DNA of 64,000 bases from a virus (taxonomy: Duplodnaviria > Caudoviricetes): positions 380-64,379 of the IMG/VR virus record IMGVR_UViG_3300026184_000242; one strand, given 5' to 3'. Positions 56,301 to 64,000 of this stretch are shown here, piece after piece. Both the position numbers and the translations under genes were made by a program. Under the pieces are notes generated by a model. That model made no database searches, had not been told where the DNA came from, and saw only the letters and a list, made by a program, of their open reading frames with translations. The first letter of the stretch is position 1; each line of letters starts with the position of its first letter.

Positions 56301-59300
56301 CCCCGGGATGGTTGTGGACAAGCCAGACCTGAGCGGCCCCCGGGACATCGTGAACCGCCCCCGCCATCAATCCGGAGTCGAAACTGGCGGAGCTGGGGCC
56401 TCCCAGGGAATGGCGGATCACCGAAAGCACGTTGCCCTTCTTGTCCGCCACCACGGCCAGGAGGTTCTCCTGGGCCTCTTTGCGGAAGGGGGCGGTAAGG
56501 TGTGCCACACCCTCGGCGCTGCTGATCCGCGTCTGGCCGGTATGGACCCTGCCGGTGCGCACCCGGGAGACGGTCTGGCGGATATGGCGCTTGGGGATGG
56601 CCGGCTTGGCCTGGGGGGCGGTAAAGAAGTCCAGCCCGCCCGGCTCGGGGACGGAGAAATCCAGGCTGTACTGCTCGCCGCCCTGGCTGATGCTGTAGGT
56701 CGGCTGCTCGCCGTTCTCCAGGTCCGTGGGGTAGTCGAACTGCTCGGACGTGGACTGGCGCTGGTGGAAGCTCGGGGAGGCCGGCTCCTTCGGGTTGGCG
56801 TTTTCCAGCCAGTCCCGGAACTCGCGCACGTTGGCGAAATCCCGCATGGCCCCCAGGCCCTTCCAGCCCTTGGCGTAGTTGCGCCGGTAGGCCTTGCGGG
56901 CCTCCTCCCGGTTCTTGTAGCCGAGCATGACCTTGTGCTCGTCAAACTCACCCGTCTGGGGGTTCTGCTGATCCACCACGAACACGGGGTTGTTGGGGTT
57001 GCGGGCGCGGCGGCCGATAAAGACGTCCATGGGCTCCCCTTCTCCGCCCACGGTGCGCTTTATGTACCCGTAGTCGTCCTGGAGCTTCACGGACCACGGG
57101 GTGCCGTTCTGGTCGGTGCCCCGCCGGGTGGACCCTCGGGGGTTCTCTACCCCGATCTCCAGACCGGGGATGGGCCGGAAGTGGCCCTTCGGGTAGTTGC
57201 CGGCCTCCTTCTGGGCCTCGCTGGGGTTGGTTTCGACCTGCCGGCGGGCCTCTGTAATCTTTGTGGTGTATTGTGGCCGCCCCTCGAAGGGAATATCTTT
57301 CTCGCTCGTGATCGTCCCTTCCGGGGATTGCTCCAGGAGAGTGCCATGCTGCGCCTGATAGGTCGCCTCCTCCTCTGGCGTAAGCCCCTGCTCCAGATCC
57401 TGATTCTCCTGAGCTTGGTAGGTATAGGTGGGCTGACCCTTCTGCTCCTGGTCGATACGATTCACCAGATCGTCGGGGCCATGTACGGGGTACCCAAGCT
57501 CCTCCAGCCGCCGGGACAGACCGTCGAGCGAATCCCCGCCATTTTTCCGGAAGGCCATGGTATCCCGCTTGAAATTCTCGGGATCAATCTCCCCTCCCAG
57601 GTCCTCGCGGTTCAGCCCCCCCAGTTTCCGGATAGCCGTCATTAGGCTGTCCTTCTGAGGGTTCACCTTGGTCCGCCGGGGGGTCGGCTGGGGCTTCGCC
57701 GGGGTTTCGCTGCCCACCACCTCGTCGTAGACCTGATTCAGCTTCCCTTCGGGAAGGTTCTTGAGGGCCTTGAAAATCGCCTTCTGCTGGGAGCTGCCCT
57801 GCTGGCCGGTCTGGGTATCCAGCTCATAATCCGTCACCAGGGAGTCCAGGTTGCCCTTGCGGGCCTTGAGGATCTGCTGGGCCTTGTAGGTCGGGGAGTT
57901 CTTTTGGGCCTCCCGTTCCTGGTCGAGCCGCTGCTGTAGGAGCTGGTCGGTGCGCTGCTCTTGCTCCTGACGGATCTGGGCCCGGGTCTTTTCCGGCCCG
58001 CTGTACTCGGGCTCACCCTCGATCTGGTTGGGGTACTGCCGCCCCAGGTCCGGGTAGTGGGTGACCGCCTTGGCCGGTACCGTCTGGCCCTGCTTTAGGG
58101 CCCGCTCCACCTGCCGGCGGTGGGGCCAGTGCCCCGGGGTCTTGCTCTTGGGCGAGTATTGGAGCCCCTGGGGCCGGCTCTGCACGTCGATCAGCTCGTC
58201 AAGGTGATCCCGCAGGAAGCCCCGCATTTCCTCGGTGCTGGGGACCTCCTTGCCGTTCTGCTTGGGCTCGTTCGCCAGCGCCCGGTAGGCCTTCTCCACC
58301 TCCTGGTCCGTCATGTCCTCGGGCTGCTTGCCCTGGAACCGGTCGTTGTTGACCAACGACTCCTCCAGGGAGTTCTGCGCCTCCTTGGTGCGCCTCTGGT
58401 TCTTGGCCACCTTGCTCGACCGGATCTGATCGACGTCCTCCTGTAGCCAATTCGCGGCGTCCGGGATCTCCTGCCCTTTCTGGACGGCTTGGCGAACGGC
58501 CTGGGAGTAGCGGCGCACCTGATCCGGGGTTACCTCCTCGGACGGCACCCCGTGCCCGGCAAGCTGGTGGTCCAGGTTGCGCCGGTCCATATCCTTTTCG
58601 GATAGGTCCTTGGTCTGGAGCTGGCGTCCCAGGTCGTAGGCGTAGGCAGAGAAATCGTCGGGCAGGTTGACCTCGTGCTTGCCGTACCGACCCAGGTTGA
58701 GCTGTCGCTTCGGGCCCTGGTTCTCGGCTTCCGGCTGGGCCTCCTCCTCGGGCGGACCCACCAGATCCCCTTGCTCGGGCTGGGGTTCGGGCTGGGGTTC
58801 GGGCTGGGGCTCGCCGTTCTGCTTGGCCAGGATGCCGTCGATCAGGCCTTGGCGATCCTTGCCCTCGGTCTGGACTCCGAGCTTCTCCCCCAGGGCCCGC
58901 AGGTTCTCCTCGTCAAAGTCCTGGAGGTCCTCGGCCCCCAGGTTCATCTGGGGCTGCTCGGTCGGCGTGGCCTCGGTCGGCGTGGCCTCCGTGGGGGCCG
59001 CCTGGGGCCCCTGGTCCGGGCTGATCTCGGTCTGGGCCAAGGGGAAGTCCCGGAACGGATCCTGCTCCGGGGCTTCCGCGTTGTTATGCGCGGTCTGCGT
59101 CTCGGGCGAGCCGCGCTCGGCCATGATTATGGAGTTGACAATCTGGTCCCGGCCCTTCCCCTCGGTGGGGATGCCAAGCTCGTCGGCACGGGCCTGGAGG
59201 TCCCCATCGGAAAGCTGCCCCAGCTCCTGTCGGCGCTGTTCGGCCTGCTGGCGGATCTGCTGGGCCTGGTTCTCCAGGTCGGCCTGCCCCGAGCCGCCCT

Positions 59301-60795
59301 GGAAGGACGGGGTTTCCTCGCCCTCCGGGTGGCCACCCTTGGCCGCCTGGACTGCCTTCTTGGCCGCCTGCTTTCCACCAAGGACGGAGTGGAGGATGCT
59401 GCCGGCCCCAGCGCCGCCAATGGCCCCCAGGATCCCGGCGTTGAGGATGGTGTGCCCCACCTTACTCCAGTCCAGGTTCTTCACGTCCTCCCAGGAGTCC
59501 ACGCCCTCGAACTGGTTGAGGTTGTACGCCGTCTGGGCGGCCTGGTTGAGCATTTCCGTGAAGCCCTCGGCCGCGCCGCCACCCAGGGTGCGCCGCAGGA
59601 GGGTGTGACCCTTGGCCAGGAACTCGTGGAAGGGCAGGCCCTCGGAAGCGATCTCCGTTAGGCCGTTGAACGCGGCATGGATTGTCGCGTCCTTCTGATC
59701 CCGGTGCTGGAGGTTGACGTCGCTGCCATAGGTCGCCCCGGCGCTCTGCCCGTACAACATGGCGTAGCCCAAGCCGGGGTTGCCGGTGGTCACCGACACC
59801 CCCAGGGCCGGGAGGAGGCTGCTGGCCATGGTGATCCCGCCCTTCTCCAACCACCAGGCGGGCGTCCCCTTCTCGGCTTTCAGCGGGCTCTGTAGGAGCT
59901 TTTTGGTCGCGTCCAGGTAGATCCCCCGGCCCACCTTGTTCAGGGCCTGGGAGGCGGGGTTCTTGGCCGCCTCCTGGATCAGCTTCTGGCGCTCCTTGTC
60001 CGACATGGAGCCCTGGTCCATGTACTGTAGAAGCTGCTTGCGCTGGGCCTCCAGGTTATCCCCGACCATCTGGAGGGCACCCCCGGCGTCCTGCTGGAGG
60101 CGCAGGCCGATATGCGCCAGGGCCTTGAGGGGCTCCACCTGGCCGACGTTGCCACCCTGGTCTGCGCTGCCGCCGTGCTCGTGCTCCATGCCGGCGTGGG
60201 GCGGGGCCTGGAACTGGGACCAATCGGGCTGCTGGGGGTGGTAGCCCACCACGTCCCGGGCCTGGTCCAGGGGGTTGGCCGGCTGGGCCTGCTCCTGGGG
60301 CTGGCCCGCCTGGCCATGGGTAACCTGTTGGATGATCTGGTCAGGGATCCCGGCCTGACGCGCCAGCTCGGCCTTGGTCTGGAGGTCCGGCGCGTCGTGG
60401 ATCTTCTGCGCCACCTCCGGGTCGATATGCAGGTTCTGGAGCTGGTCCTGCGGCGACGGGCCGGGCTGCGGGGGCTCCCCGACCCCGGGCGGCTTGGGCG
60501 GCAGCTTGCCGATGGGCTGGTCCGGGGAGACGTCCGGAACGGTGCCCTGGCCGCCCAAGTTCTGGGTGTGCTCCATGGCCGGATGCGGCGAGGGCGGTTC
60601 CGGGGCGGAGGGGGCCGGTGTGGGCGTGTGGAGCCCCTGGGGCTCCTTGGGCATGGTGTAGGTGTCGCCCTTCGGCGCCAGGGGGAAGTCCTTGAACGGA
60701 TCGTCGCCCGATTCGGGCGCACCCGTATCGGGCGGTTCGGAATCCTGATTGGCCCCCTGCCGGAGCGGGAGGTTGGCGAAGGGATCGTCCGCCAT
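50335..60795 (-). CDS. Giant ejected internal virion / polyvalent protein (InPase-like, JAB/RadC, zincin, LPD38-like)
   Basis: 3486 aa; GNYPKGH...ENPRGS.R.G...YGYIKRT...DVFIG...FDEHKVMLG; LVHNHPGG...SALD; FLEELQSDWHQ; LLHETVGHYG; IPKPFEIG...SFFTNRPIVP. Confidence 0.85.
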   Translation of the reverse strand: MADDPFANLPLRQGANQDSEPPDTGAPESGDDPFKDFPLAPKGDTYTMPKEPQGLHTPTPAPSAPEPPSPHPAMEHTQNLGGQGTVPDVSPDQPIGKLPPKPPGVGEPPQPGPSPQDQLQNLHIDPEVAQKIHDAPDLQTKAELARQAGIPDQIIQQVTHGQAGQPQEQAQPANPLDQARDVVGYHPQQPDWSQFQAPPHAGMEHEHGGSADQGGNVGQVEPLKALAHIGLRLQQDAGGALQMVGDNLEAQRKQLLQYMDQGSMSDKERQKLIQEAAKNPASQALNKVGRGIYLDATKKLLQSPLKAEKGTPAWWLEKGGITMASSLLPALGVSVTTGNPGLGYAMLYGQSAGATYGSDVNLQHRDQKDATIHAAFNGLTEIASEGLPFHEFLAKGHTLLRRTLGGGAAEGFTEMLNQAAQTAYNLNQFEGVDSWEDVKNLDWSKVGHTILNAGILGAIGGAGAGSILHSVLGGKQAAKKAVQAAKGGHPEGEETPSFQGGSGQADLENQAQQIRQQAEQRRQELGQLSDGDLQARADELGIPTEGKGRDQIVNSIIMAERGSPETQTAHNNAEAPEQDPFRDFPLAQTEISPDQGPQAAPTEATPTEATPTEQPQMNLGAEDLQDFDEENLRALGEKLGVQTEGKDRQGLIDGILAKQNGEPQPEPQPEPQPEQGDLVGPPEEEAQPEAENQGPKRQLNLGRYGKHEVNLPDDFSAYAYDLGRQLQTKDLSEKDMDRRNLDHQLAGHGVPSEEVTPDQVRRYSQAVRQAVQKGQEIPDAANWLQEDVDQIRSSKVAKNQRRTKEAQNSLEESLVNNDRFQGKQPEDMTDQEVEKAYRALANEPKQNGKEVPSTEEMRGFLRDHLDELIDVQSRPQGLQYSPKSKTPGHWPHRRQVERALKQGQTVPAKAVTHYPDLGRQYPNQIEGEPEYSGPEKTRAQIRQEQEQRTDQLLQQRLDQEREAQKNSPTYKAQQILKARKGNLDSLVTDYELDTQTGQQGSSQQKAIFKALKNLPEGKLNQVYDEVVGSETPAKPQPTPRRTKVNPQKDSLMTAIRKLGGLNREDLGGEIDPENFKRDTMAFRKNGGDSLDGLSRRLEELGYPVHGPDDLVNRIDQEQKGQPTYTYQAQENQDLEQGLTPEEEATYQAQHGTLLEQSPEGTITSEKDIPFEGRPQYTTKITEARRQVETNPSEAQKEAGNYPKGHFRPIPGLEIGVENPRGSTRRGTDQNGTPWSVKLQDDYGYIKRTVGGEGEPMDVFIGRRARNPNNPVFVVDQQNPQTGEFDEHKVMLGYKNREEARKAYRRNYAKGWKGLGAMRDFANVREFRDWLENANPKEPASPSFHQRQSTSEQFDYPTDLENGEQPTYSISQGGEQYSLDFSVPEPGGLDFFTAPQAKPAIPKRHIRQTVSRVRTGRVHTGQTRISSAEGVAHLTAPFRKEAQENLLAVVADKKGNVLSVIRHSLGGPSSASFDSGLMAGAVHDVPGAAQVWLVHNHPGGNPQQSALDQRVTDRFNRNMAATGIHFRGMVVVAPGGEFTEDQGPKAEDRGQKANRIPGMRRVHQIPVEERRFRRVEPQDQRDTLESAQDARQYVANKVGDEEGLLLLDHRHNVVGFLPMTAEEMAPLRTRQQGTGASRLLQALHQTGASAFIARLRSPSGPSVTNLSRFANNNQLEFLDTFTGPRGDLSSLALQGGIPQDSEPYLAHVAPGFYYQMEHELANRLPNSGTPEQIKQIVQTMARKGRIFKQEELDWSGLLEYLDDRADTARDEFQGTIFEGPKKISRQEVLDFLRDNHVTVQENLRGAPAGGLKWQEGEDGGRKVYMAKGQNPINFKRVVMVIDQDPETGEYRVPGFGGGVSHFQDLEAAKAMVATRIEPRQTPTSYDQFKSPGGENYRELTLTLPAGKGETYWAPHFRGEPNILAHVRFTDREDADGNPMLFLEELQSDWHQAGRKHGYQGKEPTDAQVREFFGLGEDVDPAPYREDMMEQQEFSRKVVPQAPFEGNGWTNLVLKRMIRWATENGYSSIGWTTGSTQTHRYNMARHVTRLELREKVPKGTTKAFENPKLVAFDHNGREILRRQMGVKEVQGFVGQELANRLLEQEPHSPTSGPWQGMQFTSLSGLDLEMGGEGMKAYYDKILPEAVKKYTKKWGAKPETSTVQIPNDNGELRYEGDTLDEGQLAAMERGDIPLPDGTSLVSLDRPYLDTLRLVLEKMEAGATFREAMEAEGTPGLAAHFNGTLTEDPFHTMQVWRLPVTEAMRESAMQGQPLFQDWPSQQQEQGGLPRHTIEQGLQPVAEGWRHGPGFQVVQSVSDLPFRLSHPIRQRGFEKGTQGVFDPVTGQVYLVADNLPSVERAQQVLLHETVGHYGIRSLLGGQLDSYMDQVADQFPAQVQMAARSHGLDLNVVSERRRAAEEALAEMTEEGAQPTLLDRVLGPIKAALRSLGFKLQLTDRDLRNLIGRSYRYLRGSWLDGALGDHWESLTANWQLGSKESWAALRHRNPHEAGEAGSLVEDAVQAGIRPDQAFRDQHRARTVQRRLAKARKQGNQDEVAVLEAENRANQRRFQQYGPLRARYQRLSPQGQAAVRQALSQASADPLLATNEGSDPRDNPHLQSMGAKIGRPHRSPIQEFFRSRKGLAKRLQQGGLDKFYGLKYAEDIVEQRDQTTLTPQSSAYIAARMSTTPDAQMRVVLLHGPLMFKDGAATLVPNRKGLLDILDPIQHEWDLWERYMAGRRAARLWMEGRERLFTPEEIEAAIDLGRLHPEFEQAAQEWTDFNHQMLNFAESSGLIDPESRKYWEHMDYVPFYRVHEADDIRGPKAAGSLANQTNPIKRLGGGRSNINSVIENMLMNTAHLLTASMRNHAAAMAVENLGGHSDLMTRARPNFRKAPVPMEQVKRLLAEDGVDVDSLPDEAWRGMRMMYHWAQPDDARIMRVYRGGQAEYWEVHNQLLARAMGSLQEKPLGPWARAFRAPTQLLRWSVTRNPEFMLRNFLRDTGQAYVLSRDNVTPILSGVRELFHAHEEDPDMIAMWAAGGGFYGGYLHAQDPSAMTKVTRRLLRAHDRKRRAWGSPVKLMARANDKWESLSVRSENANRLAYYKAAKRAGKSNLEAAFEAKDMMDFSKRGDNPVVRFMASTVPFLNARLQGIDRLARYGLQHPVAFTFKGMGLALASVALWMQNKDDDRFNALETWQREQYWHFFAGGEHWVIPKPFEIGILFGNVPERLAELLYFHNREALDKSMRALQFDLENTLNFGNVEVDGIPAPVPHVLAPLAEEIANRSFFTNRPIVPEGEQELLPQAQYGPWTSDTMRAVGQATGMSPDRLEHLFRGYLGPIGMYALGATDVFARNMLDYPHPPSTELQDWPVLGALYRGTGPEHNTYYEKRFYELMVDADKTMNTARSYRNRHLPQQKRSLLTSHEKQLREHDFLRKNYRTIREINNQVEELYRTPYLDPEEKRRKIEELNRRKNEIFRRSIKTLESQGLE

Positions 60796-60797
60796 GC

Positions 60798-62288
60798 TTA
60801 CTCCTGGTGCTGGAGCACGTATTCCGCCATGCCCTGGCCGTAGTGCTTATTGAAGTAGGCGCGAGTGGTATCGGAGGGGTTCTGCCGCAGGATCTCCTGA
60901 GCCTTCTGCGGGATCTGCCGGACCCGGGAGCCCGGATCATCGACGGGATCCCCCACCTTGCTGGGGTCCACCCGGGATACGTCGCCGCCGGACTCGTTGG
61001 TTTTCTGCCCGGCGGTTCCGGAATGCCCGGGGTGGTCGCCGCCGTTCTCCTGCGGCGTCCCGGTGGGCGCGGGCTGGTTCATAATGCCCCCCTGGTAACC
61101 GGGGTGCTGCTGGTGAAGGATGGACCGCTGGCGCTGCTGGATCTCCTTCTCGGAGGGCCCGGCCCATGGGTCCAGCTTGTAGCCGACCCAGGGCCAGAAT
61201 CCTTGGTTCCAGGCCTGGTTGTTACTCTCCTGCTGGAGCTGGTGTTCGGCCTGCTGACGGGCCTGGTCCTCCCAGCCGTTGACGTTCGGGACCTCCTTGC
61301 GGGTTTGCGTGTAGGCCTGGATGGCCGCCTCGCCGGGGTTGGCCCCCTGGTCGATCAGGTCATGGGCAATCTTCTGGGCCCGCATGAACCACATGGTCTT
61401 GCCCGGGGTGGTCCCGGTGAACACGCCGTTCTGGAAGTCCCCGCCGATGGCCTGCCCCAGGGCGCGGGAGGCGGCATTGTAGAGGGAGGTGGACGGCCGA
61501 TCCTCGCTCTTGCTCTTGGCGTTGTGGTAGATCCGGTGACCGTTCTTGTCCACCAGGTCGTGGCCGGGGGCGACGTCGAAGGGGTCGGGCTGCTTGATCC
61601 CCGCCATCTGCTGGATGGTGTCCAGGCCCATGGCGTGGGGCTGGCCCTCGGAGTCCTGGAAGGTCACCTGATTCTGGTCCGGCTGGATCTCCAGGCTGCC
61701 GGGCTGGATCTGGAATTGGCCCGTCTGGTTGAACTCCTGCTCCGCGCGGCGGGGGTCACCCAGGAATACCGAGCGGGCGAAGTCCTTGAAATTCTCGTCA
61801 TGGGCCTTGCGCAGCACCTGATGGAGGTGCTCGGCCGCCTGCGGGTCCGTCTGGGCCACGTGGTTGGTCAGGGACTGAATGTACTCCGGGTAGTTGAACT
61901 CCGTCTGGTCCTGGAGCCCCTGCACCTGCTGGTCCGGGATCTGGAACGCCGTGGAGGGGGCCTGGGACACGGTCTGGTCCTGGAGCCCCTGTTCCATGGC
62001 CTGCCCGTTAGGGTAGGCGTTGGCGATGGACATATCCGTGCCCTGCCCGGAGTAGTCATGGGGCGAGGTCACGGTGGTGGTGCCCTGCATGGCCTGCTGA
62101 CCCGAGTAGGGGTGGGGCTCCGTGGTCGCCTGCTCCTGCGCCTGCTGGGCGGCGTCCTGGAGGGCCTGCTGCTGCTCCAGCTTGCGCTGGGCCTCCTGGA
62201 GCTTGAGGTCACGCAGCTTCTGCTCCTGCATGGCCTGCTTGCCGCCCGTGTAGCCCTCCATGAAGCTGTCGAGCAATCCGGTTCCCAT
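60798..62288 (-). CDS. Ejection / internal virion protein
   Basis: 496 aa, Q-rich; MGTGLLDSFMEGY start and FNKHYG end; precedes the giant protein. Confidence 0.6.
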   Translation of the reverse strand: MGTGLLDSFMEGYTGGKQAMQEQKLRDLKLQEAQRKLEQQQALQDAAQQAQEQATTEPHPYSGQQAMQGTTTVTSPHDYSGQGTDMSIANAYPNGQAMEQGLQDQTVSQAPSTAFQIPDQQVQGLQDQTEFNYPEYIQSLTNHVAQTDPQAAEHLHQVLRKAHDENFKDFARSVFLGDPRRAEQEFNQTGQFQIQPGSLEIQPDQNQVTFQDSEGQPHAMGLDTIQQMAGIKQPDPFDVAPGHDLVDKNGHRIYHNAKSKSEDRPSTSLYNAASRALGQAIGGDFQNGVFTGTTPGKTMWFMRAQKIAHDLIDQGANPGEAAIQAYTQTRKEVPNVNGWEDQARQQAEHQLQQESNNQAWNQGFWPWVGYKLDPWAGPSEKEIQQRQRSILHQQHPGYQGGIMNQPAPTGTPQENGGDHPGHSGTAGQKTNESGGDVSRVDPSKVGDPVDDPGSRVRQIPQKAQEILRQNPSDTTRAYFNKHYGQGMAEYVLQHQE

Positions 62289-63778
62289 CAGTGGACCCTC
62301 CCCTGCATGGCTTCCTGAGCCTTCTGGACCATCTTGTCCAGCTTATCCAGCCCGTAGTATTTCACCGCCTCGGTGGGCAGCACGTATTCGCCATTGGAGA
62401 GGGCCACGGGCTTGCTGTTGCCCTGGGCGTCCACCGCCTGGCCCGGGATGCTGTCCGATTTGGGACCACCAGGGCCCTGGATCAGCTCGCCCCCGTTGTT
62501 GAAGGTCCGCCCGCCCATGGCCTGGGTATCTACCTCGCCGCCTTCGGCCATGCCCGAATAACCGGCCGCCTGACCGGCCCCCTTGAGGAGGCCGTTGAAC
62601 TCTTTCAGGGCGGCCGTGGTGTTGAACTGCCGCGCCTTCTCGGCGGTGTTGTAGATGTTCTGGAAAGCGCCCTGCGCCGAGGTTAGCCCGGAAAGCGCCC
62701 CCTGCTGGAGGCTGCCCGCGCCCTGGATGGCGCTGCCCGCGTTGCCGTAGATCCCGGAGGCCCCGGAGTAGAGGTTGTTCATTCCGGACCACTGGTTGCC
62801 GGCCCCGGCGTAGGCGTTCCCCAGCCCGGCTTCGAGTTGGCCGGCGGAGCTGTTGAGGTTGCCCGCGCCGCCGTAGCTGGAGGTCGCACCACCCAGGCCC
62901 GCCTGCGCCTGGCTGAATCCCTGCTGGGCCATGCCGGGCAGGTACTGGCCGCGCCCCAGGGCGGTGGTCTTGAAGTTGAAGGAATCCGCCTTCTCCTTCC
63001 TGCGGGCCTGGGTCCGGGCCTGCGCCTCCTGCGCGGCCTGGGTCATGGCCCGGTTCTCCGCCGCCGTGGCGAAGCGCCCGCTGTTCGGGTTCATCCCGTA
63101 ACGGGACAGCATCCGGGCGTTCTGGTCCAGGTTGTTGCCCTGCGCAGCCGCGACATCGGCCATGGCCTGGGATACGGCGCGGTCGTAGTTCGGCCCCTGG
63201 TTGGCCATGTCGAGCATGGCTTTCTCCGTGGGCCGGTACAGGTCGCGGTAGTCCTGCCACCGCTGCTGACCGAAATCCAGCGCCTGCTGGCCAATATCCG
63301 CCCGCTTCTGGGCGATGTCGGCCATGTTCTGTCCCAGGTCGAGCTGGTTCTGGGCAATGTCCTTGCGCTGGTTGATGGACTGCTGGGTCAGATTGAGCTG
63401 CTTCTGCGCCAGATCCTGGCGGTTGGCCGCAATCTGCTTGTTCAGGTCCATCTGCTGCTGGCCAATGTTCATCTGGCGGTTGCCGATGTTCTGCATGACG
63501 TCGGCCTGGTGGCGCATGGCCTCCGCCTGAGCCAGCCCGGCGTCCTGGAGGCGCTTGGCGTTCTTCTTGGCCGCCTTGGCTGCCTTGTGCGCCGCCGTCT
63601 GTCCGGTCAGGTCCTTCCAGCCCTTGGAGAGCTTATTCCCTATGTCATTCAGGCCAATGGTGGACATGGACTTGAAGTCGTTCAGGCCAACCTTACCCCC
63701 GGAAATGTTGTGGAGCCCGGAGTTGACCTCGTGGGTGGCATGCTGGGCCGCATGCTTAATCTTTCCCCATGCCGACAT
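62288..63778 (-). CDS. Ejection / pilot protein
   Basis: A/G/Q/N-rich helical protein; C-terminal GPGGPKSDSIP...LSNGEYVLP motif. Confidence 0.65.
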   Translation of the reverse strand: MSAWGKIKHAAQHATHEVNSGLHNISGGKVGLNDFKSMSTIGLNDIGNKLSKGWKDLTGQTAAHKAAKAAKKNAKRLQDAGLAQAEAMRHQADVMQNIGNRQMNIGQQQMDLNKQIAANRQDLAQKQLNLTQQSINQRKDIAQNQLDLGQNMADIAQKRADIGQQALDFGQQRWQDYRDLYRPTEKAMLDMANQGPNYDRAVSQAMADVAAAQGNNLDQNARMLSRYGMNPNSGRFATAAENRAMTQAAQEAQARTQARRKEKADSFNFKTTALGRGQYLPGMAQQGFSQAQAGLGGATSSYGGAGNLNSSAGQLEAGLGNAYAGAGNQWSGMNNLYSGASGIYGNAGSAIQGAGSLQQGALSGLTSAQGAFQNIYNTAEKARQFNTTAALKEFNGLLKGAGQAAGYSGMAEGGEVDTQAMGGRTFNNGGELIQGPGGPKSDSIPGQAVDAQGNSKPVALSNGEYVLPTEAVKYYGLDKLDKMVQKAQEAMQGRVH

Positions 63779-63952
63779 TTAGTCCTCCTGCGCCTGCGGG
63801 GACTGCTCCCGCTCCAGCGTGGACAGGATTACGTCGAGCTGGTCCAGGCGGCGGTCGATGGATTCGAGCTGTTGCTTGAACAGCCGGTAGTTCTCCAGGA
63901 GCTGGCGTTGCTCCTCGCGGTGCGTCTCGATCAGGGATTGGGTATCGTTCAT
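63779..63952 (-). CDS. Small coiled-coil protein
   Basis: MNDTQSLIE... heptad repeats; abuts the next gene. Confidence 0.45.
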   Translation of the reverse strand: MNDTQSLIETHREEQRQLLENYRLFKQQLESIDRRLDQLDVILSTLEREQSPQAQED

Positions 63953-64000
63953 TGGGTGCTCATGGGTTTTGCTGGACGGCCATCCAGCCGATTTGGGCAT

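Noticed and set aside
54664-57645. 993-aa plus-strand ORF, and similar long antisense ORFs over portal and terL
   Set aside because: Antisense shadows caused by high-GC codon bias opposite well-supported genes.
58777-58995. Short tandem repeats inside the giant gene
   Set aside because: They encode ordinary EPQP and TPTEA linkers.

Overview
The window is almost entirely one GC-rich tailed phage genome of podovirus-like architecture, probably near complete and circularly permuted. No host genes were recognised. The minus strand carries the virion operon: TerS, intein-containing TerL, portal, scaffold, major capsid, adaptors, a DUF5675 lysis cassette, fibres, tail nozzle, and ejection proteins including a 3486-aa polyvalent protein. 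It also carries a helicase/primase/resolvase/Q-like block. The plus strand carries an early-type cassette inserted between terS and terL, a Red-like exo/Bet/SSB module and an accessory island. I recognised no integrase, DNA polymerase, RNA polymerase or Rep initiator. The strongest leads are: (1) a tandem array of three Y-RNA-like ncRNAs with different tRNA-mimic cargos, upstream of a Ro60/TROVE gene; (2) an approximately 500-nt highly structured non-coding region with a counter-transcribed short RNA beside the helicase, resembling an RNA-controlled replicon; (3) a 28-bp dif-like XerCD site next to repeat-rich DNA upstream of terL; (4) two sulfotransferases inside a virion fibre module. All family calls come from motif recognition by eye, not database searches.
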